64,000 nucleotides of DNA from Bacteroidota bacterium (GCA_040756745.1 JBFLYO010000012.1:10429-74428), one strand, 5' to 3'. Positions 47,011-57,153 are shown, counted from the stretch's first letter. Program-made: numbers and translations. The notes: generated by a model not told the origin, from the sequence alone.

Positions 47011-49110
47011 TCACTGAACAATCGTGAGATCGTACATCCGGTCGTCCGCCTCTATGCGATCCACGACCTCCATCCCGGAGGTCACTTTCCCAATGATAGT
47101 ATATCTTCCATCCAGATGCGGCTGGGGAGAATGGGTGATAAAGAATTGGGATCCTTCAGTGTCTTTTCCGGCGCTCGCTAACCCCACGGTCCCCGTTTCG
47201 TATGTGAGCATGGAAAATTCTGAGCGGATCGCATAACCAGGCCCTCCCCAACCGTCGCCCTGTGGATCGCCTCCCTGGATTACAAAGTTGGCTACGACCC
47301 GATGGAACACCAACCCGCGGTAGAACCCTCGCTGGGTCGCGAGTTTCAGAACGCTCATGACGGAGAATGGAGCAATGCGGGGGAAGAGGTCGACGAACAC
47401 GTCGCCCCGGGCCGTTTCAAACCTCACACGTACAACGGAAGGGAGAGAGCGGAGATACGCAAAATCCAGATCGACAAAGAGAGGTTCCGCCCGTTGCTGT
47501 CGCCTTCCTCCATAGTCGTTCCCCGTGATATCGTGCAGCGCTGAAGCAGCGGCAAGCGTAAGTGAGGGATCCGGACTCCCCAGCAGAGCAATGAGCGGTT
47601 CGACGGCTGCGCTGCTGCCGATGGCTCCGAGGGTGCCGATGATTTCCTGCATCGCTTCGGTGTCGTGCGGAGGGCGCATCGCGGCGAGGGCGCTGAGCAA
47701 GGGGGCGACCCACTGCTGACTCCTGAAGAGCGTATCGCGGAGAAGCGAGGCGGCGGTGGCGGCCGTCGCAATATGCCCGGACGAGAGAAGCCCGGCACCC
47801 CGTGCAGCAACTGTGTCACGCAGATCCCGGTCGCGGGGATTGCGGTGAACGAGCGATTGGAGGCCATCGAGGGCTGCACATGCCACAACCGGATCGGTAT
47901 CACAGGTAGCGTCGAGGAGGACTCGTCTCGCATCAGGTTCCCGCGAAGCCGAGAGGGCCGCGAGGAGCCGTGCGCGCGGCTTGGGCTGCATCCGGCTGAG
48001 CTTATCCACCCAACCCCACGACATGCGACCTGTCACTCGCGCAAGCACGAGGGCCGCCTCGGTCTCCGTCTGCCAGTTGAATCCGCCGGACCTGTTCTCG
48101 GCGATCGTGCGCAACTGCCGCAGAGCTTCGTCGGCCGCTGAGGTGGTGTCGGAGCTGTCCACGCCGGCGGTCGCGAATCCCGATAATGCGGTCAGCCGGA
48201 CATGAATATTCCCATCGAAGAAAGCCCGGCGGAAAGCATCGATAACGCGGGTGTTTCCCTTCCACTCAAATCCTCCCAGCACCCGGAACGCATTGACCCG
48301 TACCCGCCAGTCGGGATCGAACTCCGCCAGACGCAGTACCACGTCTGAGACGCCGGTGGAGTCCCGTAAGCGCCCAAGAAGCGCAGCTAAGTTCATTCTA
48401 AGAAGCGGATCCTCGTGCGTGTAAAGCCGTCGAAGGCGGTCCAGATGCGATTGGGTCTCCCTCTGGAACCCCGCTCGCTGGAGGGCATAGACCACCTGCC
48501 ATGGAGTGTTCACACCGGGTTGCACATAACGGAGGAGGAACCGGAGAGCATCGTCGCTGACAACCCCCCTGATGGCGAACCGAGCGACGCACATGATCAG
48601 ATGCTCCTGGTCGGCGACCGGCGAAGGGGTGCCAAACCTGAGGATGAGGTCATTCAGCGACGATTTTGTGCCAAATTTACCGATCTCTTCCAGCAGCCGG
48701 GCGGTTGCCGTGGTGAGAGAGAACCTTTTCCAGATCAGGTCATACGCCAGCTCTTCGCGCCCTTGTTCGCTCATCATGGTCGCGGTTTGCCCGATGGCAA
48801 ACGCTGCCGCCTCCTGAGTCAGCGGATCCGCCTCGGTCAGGTTCCGGACGAGGAGTGAAATGACCGTTGTGTCCTGCAGGGTTCCATATGCGAGCGTGGC
48901 TTCGCGACGGACGGCATTGTCTCCGTCGGACAACAGCGCAAGCAGCTTGTTGCGGTACGGCGTCCGGAGGTCCTTGAGCCGGAGGATTTCCTCGATCTTC
49001 TGTTGACGCACCCGTTCCTCTTCCGACCCGAACTGTTGCTGTCCGGGGGAACGATTTACGATAAGCAGGACGACGAGGAAAGGGAGAGCCGCGCGCGGGG
49101 TCGTGTTCAT
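47011..49110 (-). CDS. Secreted HEAT-repeat protein with a C-terminal cyclophilin-type peptidyl-prolyl cis-trans isomerase domain
   Basis: Signal peptide, multiple PBS-lyase/HEAT-like repeats (…DPxxVRxxAxxALG… pattern), and a C-terminal cyclophilin domain (…FHRVVANFVIQGGDPQGDGWGGPGY…GTVGLASAGKDTEGSQFFIT…). Confidence 0.8.
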   Translation of the reverse strand: MNTTPRAALPFLVVLLIVNRSPGQQQFGSEEERVRQQKIEEILRLKDLRTPYRNKLLALLSDGDNAVRREATLAYGTLQDTTVISLLVRNLTEADPLTQEAAAFAIGQTATMMSEQGREELAYDLIWKRFSLTTATARLLEEIGKFGTKSSLNDLILRFGTPSPVADQEHLIMCVARFAIRGVVSDDALRFLLRYVQPGVNTPWQVVYALQRAGFQRETQSHLDRLRRLYTHEDPLLRMNLAALLGRLRDSTGVSDVVLRLAEFDPDWRVRVNAFRVLGGFEWKGNTRVIDAFRRAFFDGNIHVRLTALSGFATAGVDSSDTTSAADEALRQLRTIAENRSGGFNWQTETEAALVLARVTGRMSWGWVDKLSRMQPKPRARLLAALSASREPDARRVLLDATCDTDPVVACAALDGLQSLVHRNPRDRDLRDTVAARGAGLLSSGHIATAATAASLLRDTLFRSQQWVAPLLSALAAMRPPHDTEAMQEIIGTLGAIGSSAAVEPLIALLGSPDPSLTLAAASALHDITGNDYGGRRQQRAEPLFVDLDFAYLRSLPSVVRVRFETARGDVFVDLFPRIAPFSVMSVLKLATQRGFYRGLVFHRVVANFVIQGGDPQGDGWGGPGYAIRSEFSMLTYETGTVGLASAGKDTEGSQFFITHSPQPHLDGRYTIIGKVTSGMEVVDRIEADDRMYDLTIVQ

Positions 49111-49194
49111 CCTTGGAGTACAGAGTACTGGTCATTCGAAGGTAGCAATACTCCACCGCATGCACAAATACAAAATTGCCTGGCGAAGCGTTCA

Positions 49195-49223
49195 TTGATA
49201 ATCTCCCGCGCATTCCGTATTAT
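49195..49223 (+). promoter_or_regulatory. Sigma70-like promoter upstream of aspS (TTGATA, 17 nt spacer, TATTAT)
   Basis: Near-consensus -35 and -10 elements with optimal spacing. The predicted TSS (~49230) is downstream of the track's TTG start at 49176, which argues for a later start codon. Confidence 0.5.
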
Positions 49224-49259
49224 ACAGAGTTGTGCATCAACCTCTACTCTGAGAACCCG

Positions 49260-51026
49260 GTGACATCCTTTCGGAAGCGGACTCATACATGCGGGCAACT
49301 GCGCCAGACCGATATCGGGGCTTCTGTCACACTCAACGGCTGGGTCGACACACGGAGGGATCTCGGCGGGGTCATCTTCATCGACCTGCGCGACAGGTAC
49401 GGGAAGACGCAGGTCGTGTTCAACCCTCAGCGCGCCCCGGAGGCACACGCTCTCGCCAAAGACCTGCGGAGCGAGTACGTGATTTCCATGACGGGTCGTG
49501 TGGAACGACGTCCTGAAGGAACGGACAATCCGGAACTCCCAACCGGAACTGTGGACGTCATGGCGACTGAGCTTTCGATCCTGAACAGGGCGGAGACGCC
49601 GCCGTTCCCGATCGAAGACTCTGTGCAGACCAGTGAAGACATCCGGCTGAAATACCGGTACCTTGATCTACGCCGGCCACTCCTGCAGAAAACCCTGCTG
49701 ACCCGCCACAGGATGTATAAGCTGACGCACGATTACTTCGATGCGCGCGGTTTCGTCGAGGTCGAAACCCCGGTGCTCATGAAGAGCACCCCCGAGGGGG
49801 CGCGCGATTACCTTGTCCCGAGCCGGATCCACCGTGGCAAGTTCTATGCGCTCCCCCAGTCACCGCAGACGTACAAGCAGATCCTCATGGTTTCGGGGCT
49901 CGACCGCTACGTGCAGATCGTCAAATGTTTCCGGGACGAAGACAACAGGGCCGACAGGCAGCCGGAGTTCACGCAGATCGACGTGGAGATGTCGTTCGTG
50001 GACGAGCGTGACATCCAGGAGGTTGCAGAGGGACTGATCGCCCTGCTGTTCAAAGAAATCAAGGGGATGGACATCACGCTCCCGCTTAGGCGCCTCACGT
50101 ACAGGGAGGCAATGGAGACATACGGCACAGACCGACCGGATACGCGGTTTGGCCTCACCATGAACTGCGTGAATGACCTTGTCAGGGCATGCGGCTTCAA
50201 GGTCTTCGCCGACACAGTGTCGCGTGGAGGAGTTGTCGCTGGATTCGTTGTTCCGGGTGCGGCCGCTTTCACACGAAACCAGATGGATAACCTCGTCGAT
50301 CTGGCGAAGGAACTAGGTGCGGCCGGGTTGGTGTACTTCAAGTGGACCGATGAAGGAGTCGAGACCGCGGTCGAGAAATTCCTGGGCAAACCGCTTGTGG
50401 AATCGATTGCGCGGACGATGAAGGCGGGCCCGGGCGATCTCGTGTTGCTGGTCGCTGACGAGTGGCAGAATGCCTACTCCGTGCTCGGCTCGCTCCGGCT
50501 CGAGCTCGGCCGTCGACTCAAGATGATCGACGAGACCACCGACGATCTCTTCTGGGTAACGGATTTTCCGCTCGTGGAGTTCAGCAGGGAAGAGCAGCGG
50601 TTCGCCGCGGTGCATCACCCTTTCACCTCTCCACACCCGGACGACATCGAGAGGCTGGAGAGCGCTCCCGCATCGGTGCGCGCGCGTGCCTATGACCTCG
50701 TCCTCAACGGGAATGAGATCGCCGGTGGGAGCATTAGAATCCATGACCGGGAGCTTCAGGAGAAGGTGTTCTCCCTTCTCGGGATTTCGCCGGAGGAGGC
50801 GCAGAAGAAATTCGGCTTCCTGCTCAATGCGTTCCGCTATGGCGCGCCACCACATGGAGGGATCGCCTTCGGGTTTGACAGGATGGTCATGCTGCTGACA
50901 GGGATGAAATCGATTCGCGACGTCATCGCGTTTCCCAAGACCGCCAGCGCAGTCTCGCTGATGGATGAGGCACCCAACGACGTGGACGAGAAACAGCTTA
51001 GAGAGCTGCACATCCGGATCGTCTGA
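49260..51026 (+). CDS. aspS: Aspartate--tRNA ligase
   Basis: Class IIb aaRS with N-terminus (V/M)TSFRKRTHTCGQLR… matching the AspS consensus MRTHYCGELR, an anticodon-binding OB-fold and motifs 1-3. GTG 49260 is chosen over TTG 49176 because of the promoter position; the result is 589 aa, as in E. coli AspS. Confidence 0.85.
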   Translation: MTSFRKRTHTCGQLRQTDIGASVTLNGWVDTRRDLGGVIFIDLRDRYGKTQVVFNPQRAPEAHALAKDLRSEYVISMTGRVERRPEGTDNPELPTGTVDVMATELSILNRAETPPFPIEDSVQTSEDIRLKYRYLDLRRPLLQKTLLTRHRMYKLTHDYFDARGFVEVETPVLMKSTPEGARDYLVPSRIHRGKFYALPQSPQTYKQILMVSGLDRYVQIVKCFRDEDNRADRQPEFTQIDVEMSFVDERDIQEVAEGLIALLFKEIKGMDITLPLRRLTYREAMETYGTDRPDTRFGLTMNCVNDLVRACGFKVFADTVSRGGVVAGFVVPGAAAFTRNQMDNLVDLAKELGAAGLVYFKWTDEGVETAVEKFLGKPLVESIARTMKAGPGDLVLLVADEWQNAYSVLGSLRLELGRRLKMIDETTDDLFWVTDFPLVEFSREEQRFAAVHHPFTSPHPDDIERLESAPASVRARAYDLVLNGNEIAGGSIRIHDRELQEKVFSLLGISPEEAQKKFGFLLNAFRYGAPPHGGIAFGFDRMVMLLTGMKSIRDVIAFPKTASAVSLMDEAPNDVDEKQLRELHIRIV

Positions 51027-52387
51027 TGAAGGATCGGATCCGCATCGCCAGCGGCCAGGGGTTCTGGGGGGATCTTCTTCGTGCCCCCCTCGATCAGGTC
51101 ACCAAAGGGCAGGTGGATTACCTTGTGATGGACTACCTCGCAGAGGTCACAATGTCCATCATGCAAAAGCAGAAGCAAAAGAACCCCGCCCTCGGCTACG
51201 CCAAAGACCTCATCCCGCTCATGGATGAGCTTCTGCCGGTCATTACCCGGAACGGGGTGAAGGTGATCACCAACGGTGGAGGAGTGAACCCGGAGGCGTG
51301 CCGCGATGCGATCTTCGCCTCGGCCCGGCGGCTCGGCATCACAGGACTGGCCGTCGGCATTGTGCTGGGCGACGACATTCTCGACCGGCTCGATGAGCTC
51401 CGGCTGCGAGGAGTCTACCTCAGCAACATGGAGACAGGGGAGAAGCTGGACACGGTAATCGACCGGGTCACGAGTGCAAACGTCTATTTTGGTGCAGCGC
51501 CTGTTGTCCGTGCTTTGCGGGAAGGGGCGCAGATTGTCGTCACCGGCCGAACAACCGATACCGGTCTTACGCTCGCGCCGATGATCCATGAGTTTGGTTG
51601 GAACGAGGACGATTGGGATCTCCTTGCAGCGGGGACCGTTGCAGGACATATCCTGGAATGCGGCGGACAGGCAAGCGGCGGGAACTTCTCGGCGGACTGG
51701 CGCGCTGTGCCGGACCTTGCACGCATCGGGTTTCCTATCGCAGAAGCATCGCCTGATGGAACGATCGTCATCACGAAACATGCAGGGACAGGAGGGCTCG
51801 TCTCCGTACAGACTGTGAAGGAGCAGCTTCTCTATGAAATCGGAAATCCGGCGAACTATATCACCCCGGATTGCATCGCCGACTTCACCACGATCAGGCT
51901 GTCCGACGAGGGACCAAACAGAGTGCGTATGACCGGTGTACAGGGGCGTCCGGCTACCGACAGTTACAAAGTCTCGATGTCGTACCTTGACGGTTATACC
52001 GCGGTCGGGACGCTCACCTATGCATGGCCCGATGCGTTGGAAAAGGCACAGTTGGCGGACCGTGTACTGCGGCAACGCCTGACGGATCTGGGACTGACGT
52101 TCGAAGAGATCCGGACGGAATATGTGGGCGTTGACTCCTGCCATGGCCCCCTCTCCACTGCGCCGGACATACTCAATGAAGTCGTCTTCCGTATCGGGGT
52201 CAGAGGGAAAGACTACGCGGCGGTTGAACGGTTCGGGAAGGAGCTGGCCCCTCTGATCCTGACCGGCCCTCCCGCAGTGACGGGGTTTGCGGGCGGTCGG
52301 CCAAAGCCCAGCGAGGTGATTGCGTACTGGCCTGCACTGATACCGAAATCGGCCGTACAGCCCTCGGTCGCTGTCGATCGCGTATGA
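51026..52387 (+). CDS. AtuA-like (DUF1446) protein
   Basis: N-terminal region (MKDRIRIASGQGFWGDLLRAPLDQV…VDYLVMDYLAEVTMSIMQ…) matches the acyclic-terpene-utilisation AtuA N-terminal family. Confidence 0.65.
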   Translation: MKDRIRIASGQGFWGDLLRAPLDQVTKGQVDYLVMDYLAEVTMSIMQKQKQKNPALGYAKDLIPLMDELLPVITRNGVKVITNGGGVNPEACRDAIFASARRLGITGLAVGIVLGDDILDRLDELRLRGVYLSNMETGEKLDTVIDRVTSANVYFGAAPVVRALREGAQIVVTGRTTDTGLTLAPMIHEFGWNEDDWDLLAAGTVAGHILECGGQASGGNFSADWRAVPDLARIGFPIAEASPDGTIVITKHAGTGGLVSVQTVKEQLLYEIGNPANYITPDCIADFTTIRLSDEGPNRVRMTGVQGRPATDSYKVSMSYLDGYTAVGTLTYAWPDALEKAQLADRVLRQRLTDLGLTFEEIRTEYVGVDSCHGPLSTAPDILNEVVFRIGVRGKDYAAVERFGKELAPLILTGPPAVTGFAGGRPKPSEVIAYWPALIPKSAVQPSVAVDRV

Positions 52388-52743
52388 GCGGAACAATGAA
52401 GATTCGACTCATTGATATCGCCCATGCGCGTTCCGGGGACAAGGGGGACACAGCCAACGTCGGAGTCATTGCGCGGCGCGACGAATATTATCCGCTGCTC
52501 GTGAAGTACCTGACGGTGGAACGCGTCCGGCGTCATTTTGCCGGGATCGTCCAGGGAGGGGTTGAACGCTTCGAACTCCCCAATCTCGGAGCTCTGAATT
52601 TCCTGCTCCATGGCGCGCTGGGTGGAGGCGGGACTCGTTCACTGAAAAACGACGCCCAGGGAAAGACCCTGAGCAGCGCCATGCTCAGATTGGAACTTGA
52701 AATCGACGAAGAACTCACACTACCGGAAACAGGCCATGTTTGA
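52384..52743 (+). CDS. DUF4387-like small protein (AtuA partner)
   Basis: The 119-aa sequence (…RLIDIAHARSGDKGDTANVGVIAR…) matches the small protein usually encoded 3' of DUF1446 genes. Its stop overlaps the prfB start. Confidence 0.55.
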   Translation: MSGTMKIRLIDIAHARSGDKGDTANVGVIARRDEYYPLLVKYLTVERVRRHFAGIVQGGVERFELPNLGALNFLLHGALGGGGTRSLKNDAQGKTLSSAMLRLELEIDEELTLPETGHV

Positions 52744-53849
52744 ACCGCAGAAGGAACGGATCAAGGAGCTGAAGGAACGACTGCAGGCACTCCGGGGGTA
52801 TCTTTGACATCGATCTGAAGGAAAAAGAGGTCGGTGAGCTCGAAAAGAAGACGGAGGCCGCCGATTTCTGGAATGACAACGCCGGCGCGCAGAAAGTGAT
52901 GCAACAGATCGCCTCGCGGAAGGAGTGGGTGGAGGGATGGGGGCGGGTGCACCGGACGCTTGACGATGCGGCCTCGCTGACCGAGCTCGCGGAAGAGTCG
53001 CTCGACGAGTCGCTGGCGAAGGATATCGATGCAGACCTGGCAGTGGTCGCCCAGGGGATCGATGACCTCGAATTCCGGAACATGCTGAGCGGCGAGGATG
53101 ACGAGCGCAATGCAATCCTGACGATTCATGCCGGCGCGGGCGGCACCGAAGCGCAGGACTGGGGTGAGATGCTCCTGCGCATGTATCTCCGGTGGTGTGA
53201 GGCAAAAGGATACGCGGCGGTTCTCGTCGACCGCCAGGACGGCGACGGAGCAGGCATCAAGAGCGCCACGGTGGAGGTGGCCGGTAAATATGCGTACGGG
53301 TACCTCAAGGCGGAGAACGGCGTGCACCGGCTGGTACGTATTTCCCCGTTCGACGCCAACGCGCGACGGCACACGTCGTTCGCTTCGGTGTTTGTGTATC
53401 CGGAACTGGACGACGACGTCGAGATCGAAATCAATCCCGCCGATCTCAAGGTCGATACCTTCCGTTCCGGCGGCAAGGGGGGACAGAACGTCAATAAGGT
53501 GGAGACCGCGGTGCGGATCACCCACCTCCCGACCGGCATCGTCGTGGCATGTCAGCAGGAACGGTCGCAGTTCCAGAATAAGGAACGGGCAATGAAGATG
53601 CTGAAATCACAACTGTATCAGCGGCGTAAGGATGAAGAGGAGGCCCGTCTCAACGCAATCGAAAGCACGAAGAAAAAGATTGAATGGGGGAGCCAGATCC
53701 GATCCTACGTCTTCCATCCGTACAATCTCGTGAAGGATCATCGAACCGACGTCGAAACCAGCAATGTCCATGCAGTCATGGACGGCGACCTGGACGAATT
53801 CATCAAAGCCTACCTCATGGAATCCAGCGGTAAGGGATCGGCCACCTGA
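52736..53849 (+). CDS. prfB: Peptide chain release factor 2, with programmed +1 ribosomal frameshift at CTT TGA C (52802-52808)
   Basis: Frame 0 (ATG 52736) runs [23 protein letters not shown] to TGA at 52805-52807. The +1 frame continues [15 protein letters not shown]…. Canonical autoregulatory site (SD-like GGGGG, then TAT CTT TGA C). Downstream RF2 motifs are the SPF tripeptide (VRISPFDAN) and GGQ ([13 protein letters not shown]). Confidence 0.92.
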
Positions 53850-53856
53850 CAGGCGC

Positions 53857-55074
53857 ATGGCCTACGTCTCCTTCATCGCAGCGCGCTATCTTCGCTCCGG
53901 CCGTAACAACAGCTTTTTCTCCTTCATTACGGCCATTGCCATCCTCGGTGTCATGCTGGGGTCCGCGACGCTGATCGTGGCCCTCTCGGTGCTGGGCGGG
54001 TTCGAGCGCGAGATCACGGAGAAGGTGGTGGGTTTCACCAGCCACGTGCAGATCCTTGGGTTTCAAAATCATCCCCTGCGAAACTTCCGCTGGAATTCCT
54101 CCCGCATCGAGCGCGCTTTTGCCGTCGTGACGTCCGTTGCTCCCTTCGTCGCCAGGGAGGCCCTCATCCGGTCGCGCGAGGGGGTTGACGGGATTCTGCT
54201 GAAGGGGATCGACCCGGAACACGACAATTCAACGACCCGGCGCTATATTGTGGCTGGGGCATACGATCTCGACCGCGAGCAGGGAGGGATCCCGAAACTT
54301 GTTGTAGGACGAAAACTCGCATCAAAGCTCTCGCTGGAAGTGGGCGACAGGGCCACCGTATTCGGCATCGGGAGGCTGGTGGAGCAGGGGCAGGCCCGGG
54401 TGATGCAATTCCGAATCACCGGTATCTACGAGAGCGGCATGGCGGAATATGATGATGTCTATGCCTTCACGGATCTTGAGGATGCGCAGACTCTTTTTCA
54501 GCTCGATGAGGCAGTCTCAGGGTACGACATTCTGCTCTCCAGAGTGGACAGCGCCGCCGTTGTGGCCGACGGGGTGCAGGAACTGCTCGGATACCCGCAC
54601 TACGGGCGGACAGTGTTTGAAACGTACCGCAACCTGTTCAGCTGGATCGACCTGCAAAAAAAGCCCGTCCCCATCATCCTGGGACTCATCATCATCGTGG
54701 CGACGGTCAACATCATCGGCACGCTGTTGATGATGGTTCTTGACAAAACCCGCGAGATCGGTGTATTGGCCACCCTGGGGGCGACACCATGGGGGATCTC
54801 GGGCATTTTCCTCCGCCAGGGGATGGTCATTGCGGTGATCGGCGCCGGACTCGGCAACCTCCTTGCGTTCGCGCTCTGTTACACGCAGCTGACGTTCAAA
54901 CCGTTTTCTCTCCCGAGCGACATCTATTTTATGACCTCCGTTCCCATCCTCCTACGATGGGAGTATTTCGCCCTGGTCACGCTCATCACCCTGGCACTCT
55001 GCCTTGTCAGCTCCCTTGTCCCGGCGCGTCTTGCGGCGAAGCTCCGTCCGGTCACAGCGATCAGGTTTTCCTGA
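53857..55074 (+). CDS. Lipoprotein-releasing system permease (LolC/LolE family, FtsX-like)
   Basis: MacB/Lol-type topology: TM1, a large periplasmic domain, then an FtsX C-terminal three-TM bundle. Typical N-terminus (MAYVSFIAARYLRSGRNNSFFS). Confidence 0.85.
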   Translation: MAYVSFIAARYLRSGRNNSFFSFITAIAILGVMLGSATLIVALSVLGGFEREITEKVVGFTSHVQILGFQNHPLRNFRWNSSRIERAFAVVTSVAPFVAREALIRSREGVDGILLKGIDPEHDNSTTRRYIVAGAYDLDREQGGIPKLVVGRKLASKLSLEVGDRATVFGIGRLVEQGQARVMQFRITGIYESGMAEYDDVYAFTDLEDAQTLFQLDEAVSGYDILLSRVDSAAVVADGVQELLGYPHYGRTVFETYRNLFSWIDLQKKPVPIILGLIIIVATVNIIGTLLMMVLDKTREIGVLATLGATPWGISGIFLRQGMVIAVIGAGLGNLLAFALCYTQLTFKPFSLPSDIYFMTSVPILLRWEYFALVTLITLALCLVSSLVPARLAAKLRPVTAIRFS

Positions 55075-56303
55075 TGGCATACGAACGTTATATCGCCCGG
55101 CGGTATCTGCGGTCCAGGCGCGAGCTCCGGTTCATCAATATCATCATGCTGGTTTCGGTCGTCGGCATCACCGTCGGAGTGGCAGCGCTTGTGATCGTCC
55201 TTTCCGTCTTCAATGGATTCAACAGTGTCGTGACAAATGTCCTGGTGGGATTTGATCCCCACATTCGGATCGAGGCAGAGAAGGGGAGAGGGCTGACGGT
55301 GCCCGACAGTCTGGTGGAGGACGTCGCACGGGATCCGCGTGTTGCCGCGGCGGCTCCGTTCATCGCAAGCAAAGCCCTCCTCATCACTCCCCGGGTGAAC
55401 AGGGTTGTCATGGTGAAGGGTGTGGCGGATTCCACAGTCCAGAATGTCTCCGGCGTGACACAGAGCACCATCCTCGGCTCATTCAAATTCAACGATACGC
55501 CTGAATCGGGCGGAATCGTCCTCGGCCTTGCGCTCGCAGACCGGCTCGGCGTCATTGTGGGTTCTGATCTCACCATCGTGAGTCCAGTTGGCGTCGATGC
55601 GATGATGGTCCAGTTCGGGCAGCCGCTCATGCGGAAATGCAGCGTCGTCGGGATCTACGATTCCAACAACAAAGATTATGACGCACACTATGCCTTCATC
55701 TCGCTCGGATCCGCGAGACAACTGTTCCAGTTGCACGACAAAGTGACAGGAGTCGAAATCCGGCTCCACGCACTGGACGATGCCGACGCCGTGAAGCGCG
55801 ACCTCCAGGCCAGATTGGACGGGGGAATGAAGATTTCCACATGGTATGACCTCCACCGCGACCTTTACTCGGTCATGAAGGTCGAACGGTGGACCGCATA
55901 CGTCATCCTCTGCTTGATCGTCGGCGTTGCCTCCTTCAATGTGCTCGGCTCCCTGACCATGGGGGTCATCGAGAAGCGCCGGGACATCGGCGTGCTCAAG
56001 GCGCTGGGCGCAACAAAGACCAGCATTATCCGCATTTTCATGTTCGAGGGGATCCTCGTCGGAACAATCGGTACTCTGGCGGGCTTGCTCATCGGCGTCA
56101 TCGTCTGCTACCTGCAAATCACGTACAGCCTGTTCCCCCTCGACCCCACGGTGTACATCATATCGGCCATACCGGTGGAACTTCGGTGGTCTGACTTCGT
56201 TGCCGTCACCCTTGCTTCCATGACGCTCAGTGCGCTGGCCTCGTTGTCCCCCGCTCGTCGAGCGGCACGCCTGCTCCCCGTCGAAGCCATCAGATGGGAA
56301 TAG
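55074..56303 (+). CDS. Lipoprotein-releasing system permease (LolC/LolE family, second copy)
   Basis: Paralogue of the upstream gene (MAYERYIARRYLRSRRELRF…). TGATG start/stop overlap. Confidence 0.85.
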   Translation: MAYERYIARRYLRSRRELRFINIIMLVSVVGITVGVAALVIVLSVFNGFNSVVTNVLVGFDPHIRIEAEKGRGLTVPDSLVEDVARDPRVAAAAPFIASKALLITPRVNRVVMVKGVADSTVQNVSGVTQSTILGSFKFNDTPESGGIVLGLALADRLGVIVGSDLTIVSPVGVDAMMVQFGQPLMRKCSVVGIYDSNNKDYDAHYAFISLGSARQLFQLHDKVTGVEIRLHALDDADAVKRDLQARLDGGMKISTWYDLHRDLYSVMKVERWTAYVILCLIVGVASFNVLGSLTMGVIEKRRDIGVLKALGATKTSIIRIFMFEGILVGTIGTLAGLLIGVIVCYLQITYSLFPLDPTVYIISAIPVELRWSDFVAVTLASMTLSALASLSPARRAARLLPVEAIRWE

Positions 56304-56305
56304 CC

Positions 56306-57025
56306 ATGAAGTCCCGCGTACAATCGATTCTCCGCCTGGATCACATCACCAAGACGTTTCCCTCCGGGGAGGGGCGCAACGGCAAGCTGATTGTGCTGCG
56401 TGGAATCTCTCTCGAGGTCACCATGGGCGAAATCATTGCTGTGGTCGGCGCATCAGGCGCAGGGAAGAGTACCCTTCTCCATATCATCGGGACGCTGGAA
56501 AAGCCAACGTCGGGGAAAGTATTGTACGACGGGCTCGATGTCTTTTCGATGGGGGAGGAGGATCTGGCAAAGTTCCGCAACCAGCGCATCGGCTTTGTTT
56601 TCCAATTCCATCACCTTCTTCCGGAATTCACGGCGCTCGAAAACGTTGCCATGCCGGCACTTATCCAGGGACGGAGCCTTGGCGAAGTCAAGGGGCTCGC
56701 GCTTGACCTGCTGCGGGAGGTGGGTCTCGAAGACAGGGTGGACCAAAAGCCCCCGAAGTTGTCCGGCGGTGAGCAACAACGGGTCGCCGTGGCCAGGGCA
56801 CTGATGAATGCACCCAGGGTCGTGCTGGCCGACGAGCCCTCTGGCAACCTGGACAGCGAAAACGCCCGGAATCTCCACAATCTGATCTGGAACCTGAGCA
56901 GAACTCGGGGTCAAACCTTCATTATCGTGACCCACAATGAAAATCTGGCGGGGCAGGCCGACCGAATCGTCCATATTGCAGACGGCATTATACAGGGTCC
57001 GGGCCCCAGGAAAAGCAAGCCGTGA
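56306..57025 (+). CDS. lolD: Lipoprotein-releasing system ATP-binding protein
   Basis: Walker A (GASGAGKST), signature (LSGGEQQRVAVARAL) and Walker B (VLADEPSGNLD). ATG at 56306 is preferred over 56294 because it clears the upstream stop. Confidence 0.88.
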   Translation: MKSRVQSILRLDHITKTFPSGEGRNGKLIVLRGISLEVTMGEIIAVVGASGAGKSTLLHIIGTLEKPTSGKVLYDGLDVFSMGEEDLAKFRNQRIGFVFQFHHLLPEFTALENVAMPALIQGRSLGEVKGLALDLLREVGLEDRVDQKPPKLSGGEQQRVAVARALMNAPRVVLADEPSGNLDSENARNLHNLIWNLSRTRGQTFIIVTHNENLAGQADRIVHIADGIIQGPGPRKSKP

Positions 57026-57070
57026 TTGCCGTTGCAGGCCTGAAAAAGGGGGAAAGTGACAAAAAAGGGC

Positions 57071-57099
57071 TTGACAAATTCAAGGATTTGTCTAAATTA
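57071..57099 (+). promoter_or_regulatory. Consensus-like sigma70 promoter (TTGACA, 17 nt spacer, TAAATT)
   Basis: Perfect -35 hexamer with ideal spacing, located 46 nt after the lolD stop. Confidence 0.5.
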
Positions 57100-57153
57100 C
57101 CGATTGACCTTTACGACAGTTTCTCCCCTGACTGTTGTACGAAACATGGTCGA

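Noticed and set aside
50837-52396. 519-aa minus-strand ORF
   Set aside because: It is antisense to the aspS 3' end and the AtuA-like gene, both of which have clear homology on the plus strand.
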